From Perkinsus chesapeaki ATCC PRA-425 (lineage: Eukaryota; Protista; Perkinsozoa), in the NCBI GenBank assembly GCA_013115145.1, contig JAAPAO010000350.1:1-37145 (forward strand): a DNA stretch of 37,145 bases, written 5' to 3'. Of the stretch, positions 23,407 to 35,607 are shown piece by piece. Position 1 is the first letter of the stretch. Each line of letters opens with the position of its first letter. The notes under the pieces are model-generated. The model was not told the origin of the DNA. It searched no databases and saw nothing but the letters and a program-made list of their open reading frames with translations. A program made the position numbers and the translations under genes.

Positions 23407-23436
23407 ACCCCACCCGGGAATCGAACCCGGAGCCTC
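23407..23436 (-). pseudogene. tRNA-derived 3'-half fragment (T-arm only)
   Basis: ccggg-ttcgatt-cccgg perfect T-arm/B-box followed by gtggggta and a T-rich run; no matching 5' acceptor, D or anticodon arm. Confidence 0.35.
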
Positions 23437-23488
23437 CCCTAAACCCAACCAGCCATCAGTTGATAAATATATTCATTCCCAACATAAT

Positions 23489-24202
23489 TCACCTTACGAC
23501 ATTTCTCGGTAAAAATCCTCCTCCAGGTTCCCTATCGTTAAAAGTGGGCCCGATCGGGTAGTAGCGGAACCCTCCGTTAGGGCCGCCAATTTGCACCATC
23601 CGAGGCACCACAAACTTCCTTCGAATCGCCTTGCGATCTTGATAGAACTTTTTCACCAAAACTTTCGCGCCTTGCTCTCCCCTCAAACCTAGCCTCGTCG
23701 CAACCTCCCGCCAAAATGGCGCCGACACTCCGTTGAGGAATTTGCAAGTGAGCTCAAGATGACCAAGATCTCTCGCAAAGGCGCAATAACCCACTATTCT
23801 GCTCGCCAAATCGACAGGTAGTTCACAAAAATGCGGTATGGGCAACCCGTACACCAGCGGCTCAGCAAAGGTTGTCCGAAATCTCGTAAGAACGTCCCTC
23901 GAGTTTTGCCCTATTTTTTCCACGACTTCGAGCCTCCGCTTTTGCCTGACTCCCTCAATGACAACTCTCTGTCGGCCTAGAATGATCACAGTGAACCGGC
24001 ATTCGCCAATTCGGACGACGACATCCTCCGCCACGTTTTCGATTTGGACATTTGCGCTAAGTCGCCGGAGATCTGCCACTACCGCGGCCTGGAGGCTCTC
24101 GGGAGAATCCAAGCGAATGTTTTCATGTGCCGAAGATTCGTATCGCACTTTGAAGAATTCCCACCGTGACAGCAACGCGGTTGCCTGAAACGGTGGCCGC
24201 AT
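23489..24202 (-). CDS. F-box protein with a Gly/Pro-rich C-terminal tail (FBXO7-like architecture, tentative)
   Basis: ELPVDLASRIVGYCAFARDLGHLELTCKFLNGVSAPFWREV fits the F-box consensus; tail IGGPNGGFRYYPIGP resembles the RFDPxGP motif of FBXO7/PI31; true start uncertain. Confidence 0.65.
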   Translation of the reverse strand: MRPPFQATALLSRWEFFKVRYESSAHENIRLDSPESLQAAVVADLRRLSANVQIENVAEDVVVRIGECRFTVIILGRQRVVIEGVRQKRRLEVVEKIGQNSRDVLTRFRTTFAEPLVYGLPIPHFCELPVDLASRIVGYCAFARDLGHLELTCKFLNGVSAPFWREVATRLGLRGEQGAKVLVKKFYQDRKAIRRKFVVPRMVQIGGPNGGFRYYPIGPTFNDREPGGGFLPRNVVR

Positions 24203-24449
24203 TATGGCAACAATTTCCCAGAGCCTCTATCCTTCCTCCCCATCTCGCTTTCACAGCTTTAATCCTTCTTGTCCTCCAGTGCGAGGAACCCTCCCGCTTG
24301 AGGCAGGAAGGTGAATTTTGGCGCAAGAAGATGCCGACGGCTATGCAGCCCTCTCCGGTGTTTCACAACAAATAGATTTTTGAAAATGTGCGTGCACGAG
24401 GACACGGTGCAAAAAAGCACATTCAAATCGATCAACCGTTTCGTACCGT

Positions 24450-24817
24450 TCACATGTAGTTGCTAAAGTAAGCAATGCTCTCTTCGAATAAACGATAATT
24501 CCCCTGTTGCACTATGGAGCAAGACGACCCACTTCAACACAAAATCTGTCCCCTCTCTCTCACCTTTTCCCTCATCTGATCGCCATAAGTCCCGCCAGAC
24601 GAAGCCTTCCGCCTCACCTCACTCATCAGCGCTTCTGTCTCTTCTCGCTCCCCATCTCGAATACCTTCACCAATTCTTATCAAAGCTTTGACAAGACGTG
24701 ATGAGTTCCCCAGCAGCAAGCACTACCCGAGCCAGCCCGCGGCCCTCCTGGACGCAGCTGCGCCTCCAGATGGTCTAAGGACGCCTTCGCTCGCTGATAC
24801 ACGGTTCCGCTAGACAT
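24450..24817 (-). CDS. Small three-exon hypothetical protein (about 90 aa)
   Basis: Spliced model MSSGTVYQRAKASLDHLEAQLRPGGPRAGS / ALIRIGEGIRDGEREETEALMSEVRRKASSGGTYGDQMREK / GNYRLFEESIAYFSNYM*. Confidence 0.55.
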
Positions 24818-25559
24818 TGGCAGCAAGGAAGCACTAATATGGTCACAAAGATGGCCCTCCCCCACCAGGATGGAAATTTCGAACACTAAATCGCCGGAGA
24901 GAACTATTTTATCATGGCACTACAGAAGACTCATTACAATCAAACAGACTATGTATGTGTCATGAAGCACCAAATCAATGAAGTAGCCAGTAGTGTGTTT
25001 CCAGCAAATAACTTACACTTTTAACACATGTTACCACATTACGAAGTGATATAGCTATTGATAATGGTCTTTACTACAACCTCCTATAAACATTTTCTTC
25101 ACTAACCTGTCCAGCAAGACACCGATCATTTCGGCGACTATAGAAGATGTCGAAAGTGTCTTCCCAAAGTCATAAAATGTTCGGAGGAGTTGCCGCACCG
25201 CATACTACTTTTATTATATTTAATAACAGATTACCAATTCTGATATGCTAACAAAGGCAACTATATACAAAATTATTATTCCATATCACTTCGCTATCAC
25301 TCATCACGGGTATGTCTTGGTGGAGCTGAAGTGAGAAAAATTCTTACAAAAAACTAATGACACTATCTGGTAGAGAAAATTACGGGGATTCAGAATATAT
25401 ATGTCACACCGTCTCAAACGTTTTTCACAATAAATCTCTTATAATTATAGAAGCAATACGAAAGTGAAGTACAACCCAACACCACAACCTCTATGGTTCA
25501 ATGAAACTTGAGAAATGCGCACGAGAAGAAAACCGCCCCCCGCTCAGCCGCGGAGGCGT

Positions 25560-26366
25560 TCATATCAGCTCTCCCGCGACTTGTACGAATTCGTTCACTG
25601 CATCATTAGCAACATTCGGATCATGCTTCACCTCGCTCATAAACTTGATCTTCATTTTCGACAAACTCTTCGCTACCTCCGATTTTCGTGGCGCAGTGAC
25701 TTGACCAATGATCCTCGTCACAATTCTGCGCATTCGCGTCTCTGTCTCCTCCACAACCGTAACCGACTCCTCCTTGTGCTCCGAAAACTCCGGGACCCCC
25801 CTATTTCTCGCCAGCCCTATAGCACGATCGACCTCGACCAGCGACTCAGTGCTGCAATCGCTGATATGCACCACCGGAATTCGGCGCTCCCAACCGATCT
25901 GGCCGTTTTTTCCGCCATCTCCGGCCTCAGGAACTTCAAGTACCTCGCTCATCCCCGTAATGACGCCCGGAGGCACCACGTAGCTCCTCTCGGCATTCCT
26001 TTTCAAGCACTCTTCAAGAGGGCAATTCATAAACACACAGCACACACCAGCACCGACTGACCAGGCGGCCTTGCAAACGCTTTTACGCATCGATCTGAGG
26101 AACTGATTATCATCCATAACCACCGTAATGCCCTCCGATCGCCGCAAAACCAAAGCCATTTCCTGGAGGGCAACTCGCCGCCCCTCCCTCCAGAGACCAG
26201 GATCGAACTCCTGCTCCCCCCATCCATTCTCTCGGAGTAGCCGCCGACCAATAGCGTCGTATTCGATAAGGTAAGTGTCGGCTCGTTGTGATTTCAGTTT
26301 CTCAGACAAAGTTGATTTGCCGGAAGCGGGCAGGCCACACAGGATCACAACAACATTGCTTGGCAT
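25560..26366 (-). CDS. PSTK: O-phosphoseryl-tRNA(Sec) kinase (L-seryl-tRNA(Sec) kinase), intronless
   Basis: N-terminal P-loop LCGLPASGKST, LIEYD, the PSTK-type DDNQFLRSMR motif, CPLEECLKRN lid and a helical C-terminal domain. Confidence 0.85.
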   Translation of the reverse strand: MPSNVVVILCGLPASGKSTLSEKLKSQRADTYLIEYDAIGRRLLRENGWGEQEFDPGLWREGRRVALQEMALVLRRSEGITVVMDDNQFLRSMRKSVCKAAWSVGAGVCCVFMNCPLEECLKRNAERSYVVPPGVITGMSEVLEVPEAGDGGKNGQIGWERRIPVVHISDCSTESLVEVDRAIGLARNRGVPEFSEHKEESVTVVEETETRMRRIVTRIIGQVTAPRKSEVAKSLSKMKIKFMSEVKHDPNVANDAVNEFVQVAGELI

Positions 26367-26887
26367 GGAAAAAACGACTCAACTGCAGAGCATTTTGTAT
26401 AATGAATTATGAGAGTACTTTTTGTCAGCAGGCCGACGGAAAGACTTTCAGATTGGCAGTTACGCGTGCATCTCGAAGACGTGGCGCCGTTAAAGAGCAG
26501 CCGATACCTCCTACCTGGGCAACACAACTAATTCACAAATTCGGACACCTTCAGACTCTCATGTCAACTCAACCACCATCACTCCCCATCCCTCATTCCA
26601 CTAGATCTCTCAGCTACTCGACGCTTGCCCAGTATTCGGGGGCCGTAGAACCTGCAAAAATAATCTTAATACATTCTTAATCGCATTTTCCCCTTTCTGA
26701 ATACTTTTTCAATTCAACACTTTTACTAATAATGGCTTTATTACTTCACCAGTAGTTGCGAAGCGTATACTCGAACTTTACTAACACTTCGTACGCACGC
26801 GTGCGTACAAATTACCAGCAGCTCGATGATCTAAAAGGCCTATGATCACATGCCATACACCATACGATAGGTACTCCTACTCCTCGG

Positions 26888-26909
26888 GATACCATTGGTA
26901 TCATACCAA
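26888..26909. repeat. Perfect inverted-triplication scar of 8-mer GATACCAA
   Basis: gatacca-ttggtatc-ataccaa. Confidence 0.92.
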
Positions 26910-28695
26910 AGGAAAATATACGAAAAGTAGGTTCAGATTTGATCTTCAAGGTTTGCGGGCAAACAAATATTTTCCCGCCGAAAAATGACAGGCCTGGGGA
27001 TTGAACTTGCGACCATCTAAACTCGATCACTGATGCGGATCGTGTCAGCGATTAATCTTATTTTCGGATATCCCCCGGAGCCCAACAGACCTGCATGCAT
27101 CAACCAGCTTCCTCTCTGAAGGACTATTAATCGACACTCGACGTTCTCCCGTCAGACCTGTCAAAACAACAACATGCACATATTCCCAAATGAGCAGTCC
27201 AACCTGATGCGCTCTCCACGAAGCTCGTTAACTTCTTCGCTGAGGCGGGCCTGAATAAGACACGCGAAAATTTCCGCAGGTTTTGATCACCACTGCTAAT
27301 TGATTATTATAATTAAATTATCTATACTAGTAATGTTAAGTCTGCATTGTTGACCAATATTAAATCCTATATCTACTCATTATAATCTTCCCTATTCCAT
27401 ATCACCACTACCACTAACAGTATTATCCAACTCACAAGCATAGTGACCTCAAGTTCCGACACTCGGCTTATGGTAAACTACAAACAATTATGCTTCGGAA
27501 AATCACACCCTCTCAGACTTCCCGGCAACGACTTCTCATTGAGATCCTCCCAGTTAAAACGCATCTCCCCCCCTCAATCTTCACTAACATGCCCCCCTGA
27601 TACACGGCAAATCTTTCCCTTCAACAATTACTCCGATGCTCCATTTGATTGCCTATGTGCCATCAAGCTCGTCCCATCCAACTGACTTCCGTATCGTTCT
27701 GGATAGTACGTAACCGATTTCCGTGCTGGCTTCCTTGCCGGACCTGCCATGTCCTTCCACTCTAACCTTGCTAGAGTACGAATCCCACCTATTGTTCGTC
27801 TAAATGAAGTCGTGCATGTGACCTTTTCGGTAACCGGATTCAGCGAGGAGGTGAGCGGCCTGATACAGGTCACAATCGGCCCAGGAGACCACTTATCCAC
27901 ATATAGATAATAGTTTAACATAACAAGCTTGCTGGACCGCTCCAGCAGCTAAGCCCACTGCCTTACTCCTATACTGGGACTCGCCTGCTGCCTGGTCGAA
28001 GGCGAAGTGCCGCACTATAAAAGTATCAGTACAAATGAGTAAGCCTATATATAATATACAAATAGCATCAACTCGTTGCAAAAGTAAGATATGCACAATA
28101 ACAAGAATCCCATTTGTGGTCGGATACAATTCCAAGATCCCAGAGCGGTCGGCCAGAACTTATACTCAATGAGAGCTTTTCATGGCAACTTCCGCACCCG
28201 CCATGGCGTCAATAAGATTCATCAACAACATACAGCTTGTTACAGAAATGCTTGCTTTAATATCTATCGTTATAAAAAGAACTTAAGATTATCGACCAAA
28301 CTACCCAACAATATTCCACCGCCCCCAAACTCACTTATGCGTTCTAAAATAATTCTCCACAGATTCTCCCACCGAAGATGACGACGCAGAACTGTCCTTT
28401 GAGCGAATCGATGTGGAGGCACTGCTGTCGCCAGAGACGCTCGGTACCGAGGAGAGCATTGAATGATAAGATATAATAGCTGCAATGAACTCTACTATAC
28501 CATCTACTCCACAAATTTTACCCAAAATTTTTTTCCGAACTCCACGTAACTTTCGGAGATTTTACATATTTCCCGTGCGACGTTTAACCGCACAATAAGT
28601 CATCTCGAGCTATCCGTCAACACGACAATACTTGGCCATAGCCACTCCCCAAATGGGTTACCAAGATTCATGCAACTACATGAATAAAAAGCAAG

Positions 28696-31118
28696 TCATA
28701 AAGACCATTGCGGCCGCTGGTATCTAGGCGGCGGTGGTGATCCTACTGATCTACGAATACTACTACGAGTCGCTATCGATGGCAATGTGAGGTTGGATTG
28801 GGGACGGAGAATTGTGCTCCTACTCGGGAGCGAGCTGGAAATACCTAAAAATGAAACATCCAACCGCGATGGATGATAAGACTATAAACTCTCCATCAAA
28901 AAGCAAACCAATAATTCATATGCATTTATTATTCGACTACACCGCAAATTCACCCGGGACCAAACGCCAACTGATCAACTTCCAAAAAGGCCCACGGGAG
29001 CTCCGCATATCGATCCAGCGGACCCCCCTCCCCCCAAATATGACTTCTTTCCATCCAGGAATCACAACAAGTCGATGTTGAAGTCCACAGCCCTCCTCCT
29101 CGACTGCTCCTTGACTTAACCGGAATTCTGGCTCGAGCCACAATTTTATGATTGCACATCTAAAACAAGCCAGTTAGAACAAGCGATGACAACCTCTCCG
29201 AGGTGAAAGTGAGAGCAAAACAGAGAGCTCAATACTCGATTGAAATAGATCACAATAACCTTCGTAGTAAACATAGCATCTTGGGCAGGACAGATGTCAT
29301 CACTAGACGCCTTCTCTTCGGGGTAAGAATTCAGAAAGCTCGACGGCCCTTCCATGGCCATTGACATGAACTACTAAAAGCTTCCACGGCCCTACCAGAA
29401 CCACTTCATATAAATTCGCCTGTCTTCCCTTTAGAAAAGAACAATGAAATTTCCCTATCCTGGAAAAGGATTTTATTTTCCCTTGAAATTTTTGCCCTAT
29501 CCAGCATCTCTACCTGGCACACTTGCCCCGGCGGGCCCTCCCCGCCAATCTGAAGACGCTTCAGTAAAGCCAGGCGCTCCCGCTGCAGTTTCTCTATCAA
29601 TTCCTGCTGCTCCACTATCATTCGTATCGGAGATTCTGCAAAAAATACAGCGGAGCGACGCAGTTCTGACGAACTTACCAACAGCCGAAGCATCCTCGTA
29701 GCGGTCAAGCCGCATCTTCGTCACACTCAACTGGGACTCGGCAGACTGCAAATCTTTGCGCAATACTTCAACCTCGACCTGTACAAAAGATACGTCTTAA
29801 AAGTGGAATCTCATCACCTTGGAAGATTCCAGCTCGACACCGAGAGCTTCTTTCATACCAATTTCTCTAGAAATCTCCACGCCAAGCCGATCATCTGAAA
29901 TAGGGACAAATTAAGTTGTTGGAGAAGATATAATAAGTTGCCTACTTTCGGATTGGACTTCACTTCTAATCAGTCTTGTTTCTTCCAACTCAGCGGCAGT
30001 GGACTCGTACTGGGTACTCAAATCTCGGATCTGAGAGAAAGTTGGTATCAGATACGCAGTGGAATTAGCAGACAAGCGATAATTTGCCGAGACCGCCGAA
30101 GACGCTCCAACTTCAATTTCTTCAAGGAATTTTCTTAAAGCACCTACCGTAAAAGTTTATCATCGCCGAAATCGAGGAAGAACGTTCAGAGAAGATGTTC
30201 TCAACCGGAGGAAAGATATTAATATTTCCCACAGAATTATCGCTGACTTAGGTTTGATGTCCAGTTTTAGGATAGACCGCGCGCCACGAAATGTCAACTT
30301 CACACCACCTTCTCCAGCAGTTCCTGCCGCTCCTGAATGAATTTAGAATCGTCTTTGGCAGCAATCTCTCGCTCATGCTTTCTCGAGTCGACCTAAGATA
30401 CGTCCTGCTGTCCTCGCCGCAACCTCAACCTCCGCTACCCAAACCCTCCATCGAGCTAAGATTCGCCCAAGTAAGCCCTCCTCCTCTCTGGCCGCTAATG
30501 CCTCAACGAAACCAAGTCGCATATATCGCACTCGACCATGCAACTGAAATTCCAACGACAATAGCTCTCTCAGTAAGAGCTGGATTGCCTACTTCTCTGA
30601 GTTCGGCAATCTTCCCGTCAAACTGAATGTTCACTCTCATTAGGTCATCTTCAACAAGGGCCACCTAAGATAATCACTCCGAACTCAACTCCCCAAGCCA
30701 CGCCAAGAGCAGCGCATTTCAAAGCCCGGTCCCATAAATACCAGTGTTATACGTCCTAAGTCTCCCCAACAGCTATGCAGCGAAGCCCAACCGTTCCTTC
30801 CTCATCATTTAAGCGTTCTGGTACTATAATTTAACCCAGCTCTTAAAAAAAAACTGAATTGCTAACTTCTACTTATTATTAACATGGCCTTAAAGCTTCA
30901 AGTCGCTGAGAACCTACCTTATATCTCCCTTCGATACAAGCACCTGTCCACAATCGCCAGGCCAAAAAGTTGCCCCATAGAGTCTGCTCCTGCAAGTCTC
31001 GATGATACCGCTCCGCCGTTTCACGAACTGCCCGTCGAAGTAGCCTTTTTTGCTCATTAGCTCTATTTTCACCTACCACAAGACATGGTCCGGGAGACAT
31101 AATTATCACGCGGGACAC
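28696..31118 (-). CDS. Multi-exon helical/coiled-coil protein with Sfi1-like Trp motifs (may be more than one gene)
   Basis: TLWGNFLAWR and LLGRILARWR match the LLxxx[FL]xxW[KR] core of centrin-binding Sfi1 repeats; coiled-coil exons at 29450-29800; S/R/P-rich last exon ending RYQRPQWSL*. Confidence 0.45.
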
Positions 31119-31179
31119 AGGTGAAATGAGGTTCTAGTTGGCCTTTAGCTGTTGAGTTGAAGCGTCTTTTGTTAACGAA

Positions 31180-32157
31180 GTGCAGAAGGCAGGTTGCAGA
31201 GGGCAAATCATCTTCCCTACAGAGATTTCCGGCTACAGTTCTTTTCCCTCCTACCGCGGTTTACCTCTACTTGACTCTTCCTGTAAAGGGCATATAATAA
31301 ACAAGTTCAAACGGAAAGATGGTATGAAATTTGATCGAACTACTATATACGGAGAAGTTGACTTGCTGGAAATCAATAAGAGATGGGAAATACTTATAAA
31401 GTAGTTTACCTTCCATCAGAAGAGTGTTGAATTGGCATTTGTGCTGACGTAGCACCGCAAGGAAAACCTCTTCAAGATTGCAAAGAGTCATCTTGTACGT
31501 CTCGCGTATCATATTTTCGGTTTCAACCTGAGAATCTTTATTGACATCAGGAGCACGCTTAACCTTCTGAAGGTTACCGCGGTGGAGAGAGCGGATTGAA
31601 GCGCTACGATCTCCTGGAACATTGATTCCACTCTGTTGCGTGCTTGCTGGGCCTGAGAGTATCTTAAGCTTAACCGCGCAAGATACGAAACATGCTACAA
31701 TGGTGGCTTACAGAGATCAATCCATGAGCTTCATCTACAAAGTCAGGTTTCACCTCTCGCTTTTGACTCCCCAGGTACCTGTGGTCGCCAAGAGTATCTT
31801 TTGTTTGAGCGTGCAAGATACGAAGTTGGTCAACTTCCTACCATCCGCACAACTGGCTCATCTTGGCGACATAGCCCGCAATCTCTGCTGTTCTACCACG
31901 GCTCTCCAAGAAGGCAACCCGAAGATACTCATCGCCTGCTGATCGATAATCCGGCATCTCAAAACACGCGGCAAAAGATTCGTAGTGGACTATGGTCGTT
32001 GAGGAACTTCGAGAAAGTGCAAGATTGGCGAGATCTGAAACTGCTTAAAAAAGAGAGTGGAATTGTACAAGGCAGCCTTGTCAAGGTTGTCTGTCAGGGT
32101 CTCACAGTGAGAACAATCTATATATTGTGGCTCGAGGGTGATCCTCCGTCGAATTAG
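31180..32157 (+). pseudogene. Degenerate intronless reading frame with four internal stops and no frameshift
   Basis: One frame holds for about 325 codons with TAG, TAG, TGA, TGA; internal repeat EYLKLNRARYE / EYLLFERARYE. Confidence 0.5.
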
Positions 32158-32691
32158 CACTACACCCCACAGTGTAGGGCCTACACTGCCTTTCATCATC
32201 CTGGACCATTCTTGTCTTGCTCTCTCTCTATTGCACTCTCTACGCAGTTCCCTCCACCAAATTATCTGTCCTACTTAGTATTCATTAAAGTTTAATAATT
32301 AAAGTTTACCTCGTCATTCACTTCCTCACTGAACTTGACGCGATCTGTTGTCTCAAGTAGTCGATCTCGTAAGGTGTGTTTTTGCGCGGGGTTGACATCG
32401 TCTTCTTTCGCGTTTTGGGTGCCCAGAAAATTCGTATTGAACGATTGAACAGTTCAATGCAAATCTTAATCGGCGAATTATTTACATCGATCTTTTAACT
32501 GGAATTACGGCCGATCGTACGTAATGGCATGTGGTAGTTTGGGAGTAAACTCGAGTTGATAGATTAACTATAAAGTTAGTATAAACAAAACAGAACAGAG
32601 TGAGTTAGATGAGAAAATCAGTAATCTCTATACTGCAAACTTGTCAGTAGAAATAACAGAAAGAATGACTTGCCAACTGGCTGTTCACTTC

Positions 32692-33114
32692 TTATATGCT
32701 TGGGCAGGCATAGGGTTCACCAGTACAGTTAGAATCAGTAGGAGCAAAACATAGGGAACCATCAGACTTGTTAATAATACCAAAACAGACTGGAGGATTC
32801 TGCCACGATTTACAGTATGATCCCCATTTAGAGTTTTTACAACTGTCTAAGTTATCGCAGGTATCTTCACAAGTAGGTGATACTATTGGACATGACACCG
32901 GCTCCAAAACAGAGTCATCACAGGAAGAGTCTTCCGGTTGAAAGCAATAACCGTCATCTTTATGGTATAACCCAAAACAGACACCATTTCCTTTACAATA
33001 AGAACCATACTTTGAGTTCTTACAAGAAGGTGTTTCATCACATAAATCTTGACAATGGTCAGCCGAGGCAAGGGAGACTGACGATAGTAGAATTGCTGTG
33101 AGGAGAAAATTCAT
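32692..33114 (-). CDS. Secreted cysteine-rich protein, two 8-Cys repeats, copy 1
   Basis: Signal peptide MNFLLTAILLSSVSLASA; repeats CxxxCxxxxxCxxSK[YW]GSYCK...VCFG...CFxP...C...EPxxC; 16 Cys. Confidence 0.92.
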   Translation of the reverse strand: MNFLLTAILLSSVSLASADHCQDLCDETPSCKNSKYGSYCKGNGVCFGLYHKDDGYCFQPEDSSCDDSVLEPVSCPIVSPTCEDTCDNLDSCKNSKWGSYCKSWQNPPVCFGIINKSDGSLCFAPTDSNCTGEPYACPSI

Positions 33115-33367
33115 TTGGGGAATGGAATAATTTAAACCTGAAAAACTTGTTATAAGATAATATCGATATATCTCAAGTACACTCTTATCGACTGATATGA
33201 TGTAATGAATTTGGACAATGAGTTCTACACCATTTGTGTGTGGATCCTGTTACACATGGCTCCACAGTAGACATCAAGTATATGTCTCCGTGTAATGTAT
33301 GATAACACAGTGCGTATTAGCTTTCGAGCGTTTCTTCAGTTACTTCTTCTCTTCTCACAATTGATGT

Positions 33368-33389
33368 ATGTTAACTTAACATTGTTAAG
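33368..33389. repeat. Perfect inverted-triplication scar of 8-mer ATGTTAAG
   Basis: atgttaa-cttaacat-tgttaag. Confidence 0.9.
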
Positions 33390-34089
33390 GTGTGTTTGGC
33401 GGCCTTCATTCATTTAAGTTTTCTCTTAAGTGTAGAATAATGTTCTACATCGAATTTCGGTACGTCACTCTGACAAAACTGTAAGTGCGGCAACATTCGT
33501 ACTATGGCCTTTCACGCATGATGGTCTGTCTTCCGGACTAATTTAGGCAGTCTTCGACTGGCGAATTGGGACAAACAGCGCGTTCCTTGAAGGAAACCCT
33601 CCCATTGCGAAGGATGAGATTGCGAATGCGATGCGAAGTCCGCATACGAACATAACAAAGCCGGCATAGGGTTTGCCAGGCAAGCCAGTATTGGCAATTC
33701 ACACTTCTTTGCCAGGTAGGAATCGGTAGTAGCGAGAGAGTGATGGTCGTTATATTCTCAATAATTTGCATTAGAACTTCATAAAGTTCAGTTTTGCAAT
33801 CGGTAGTTGTTTTACAAGTGAATTGAGTGGACCCGGCCTGCTGATTCTTCTACACCAGGGCTACAAATTTGATAGTCAAGTAACGAGGGTGCTTATCTTA
33901 GGGTTACTGTGTAGAACTCAAGACGGCTCTGGATAGGCATAGGAACCCTAAATGCTTCATGAGAAGAAGCCCATTAGCTTACAAATCTAGCCCAGTGTAC
34001 AACCTATGTGGCACTGAAATAAACGCCACAAAGACACTGTGACGGAGTTGACATAACATATGTAAGCAAAGCATTTAAATCGTTGACAG

Positions 34090-35003
34090 CTAATCGGTAT
34101 CCCGAGAATAGTATAGGGCAAATAGATATTCATCACCTTGCTCTGAAAAGACGAATGTATTCAAATAACCCAGTCAATTGATGATGGGTTCGTCTTCCAA
34201 CTCACCCATAACATTTATGAAGTGGAACGTCTCGTAGAAAGCAATCGCGCCTTCTTCACGTTTTTTAACGAACAGAGCCAGAGCGAGAATGTCTGATGTT
34301 TTCTTTCCCTGAAATGGAGTCGAGTTTGCATTACGATACATAAAACCTCAACACAAAGGCACTTACGCATTCTATACTGTATTCGACGAGTTTTGTACCA
34401 ATCTTATTTCTACGATAATCCTTGCTAACTACCACCTGAACAGCAATGAACACTTTTTGATCGCTGGATTGCACATGGCCATACAGAACCGAAACAAACT
34501 ACTCAATGCGATGGGACATCGTGATCGGAGTATATAATAAACTATACTGTACCCAACAGCTCACATGATTTATAAATCCAAAACGTCCTTTCTTCTTTGG
34601 GTCAGACCTAACAGAAACGAAAAGTGGCTTGTAACTCATCATTCGTCATCCACTCTGCGGCTCAGTAGAGAAGACATGATATCCCCACTCACATGCGTGA
34701 CCTTACAGCTGCCTCACTCCCTTTAGACAGCCTGTCTGGTATGGTCATCTCAATGAACCCAACGACTGTCTAAAAGCATTTATAGGAAAGAGAATCCTCG
34801 GTCTGAAGGCTCGTCAATCCTCTTCTTACATTAGCGCCCATATTCAGATCAACTGCTACATAGCATGGGATTCCCGGCCTATCCTGGCAGTTCGCCTCTA
34901 GAGGGAACCTGCCGAACGTATCTCCTTCCTGGTAGTTACGATAAGCTATGTTTTCAGCTGAGGAGAGTGTGAAGGTGAAGAAGACAAGGCACAGATGATT
35001 CAT
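34090..35003 (-). CDS. Signal-peptide-bearing GNAT N-acetyltransferase, 172 aa, six exons (34830-35003, 34693-34769, 34565-34607, 34367-34435, 34206-34308, 34090-34142)
   Basis: All five introns are GT-AG and in phase. Product contains IAYRNYQEGD (beta1), CYVAVD/TVVGFIE, FGFINHVVVSKDYRRNKIGTKLV (motif A) and ALFVKKREEGAIAFYETFHF (motif B); N-terminus MNHLCLVFFTFTLSSA. Confidence 0.85.
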
Positions 35004-35029
35004 CGTGTAATAGCACTGCGAAACTACAC

Positions 35030-35051
35030 GTCGTAGCCTACAACTTGTAGG
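35030..35051. repeat. Inverted-triplication scar of 8-mer GTTGTAGG
   Basis: gtcgtag-cctacaac-ttgtagg; 1 substitution. Confidence 0.75.
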
Positions 35052-35607
35052 GCAACATTCACCCGTTTATCACCAATTCACATTTATGTCGATATCATTC
35101 GGCCACAGAGCTTTTGCGACGCCTGTTCCGTTCGAACGAGGCAGCGAGGCAGGCAGCGCTTTCTCGCAGCGGGAACCTCCTTTGTACTTTTGTGCATGCG
35201 TGCAACTGTGGAGACGGTTTATTGCGTCACGCTGTAAGGCGAGCAGCATTGATAATTTAATTGAACAAGTTGAAGTTGTAGTAAGACATTGTTAGTGGTT
35301 TGCTGTGACTTTGACACATCTACTATTGACTTATCTTGTGAGAACGGTTACGTTTTCAGGAACCTGAATTCTGTACACCCGGGCGTCCTGGATACTATCA
35401 CAATTCAGCTTCTACTAGGGGACCACTGTCCATGATAGTCTAAGATGTGTGCCAATGGAGATATTATTGGAATTTGGCAAATCCTGCTCCACATTTGCGC
35501 CCAGTAGGACTCCGGGTCTCACGTCAGTGGCCTGGCCATGGTCGGCTCAACGCTTCAGACTGGTGCATGCGTGCTGACCCAATTCATCATAACTTCAAGT
35601 TTTACTC

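Noticed and set aside
25515-26060. 181-aa plus-strand ORF (and other antisense ORFs over 20790-21689 and 23838-24188)
   Set aside because: Shadows of real minus-strand CDSs.
26985-27050. tRNA gene on the minus strand (gtcgcaagttcaatccccaggcctgtca followed by a T-run)
   Set aside because: T-arm and acceptor stem mismatched, no D or anticodon arms; at most a decayed relic.
27450-28525. Degenerate minus-strand gene
   Set aside because: Protein-like fragments exist, but many stops and no consistent splice model or recognisable domain.
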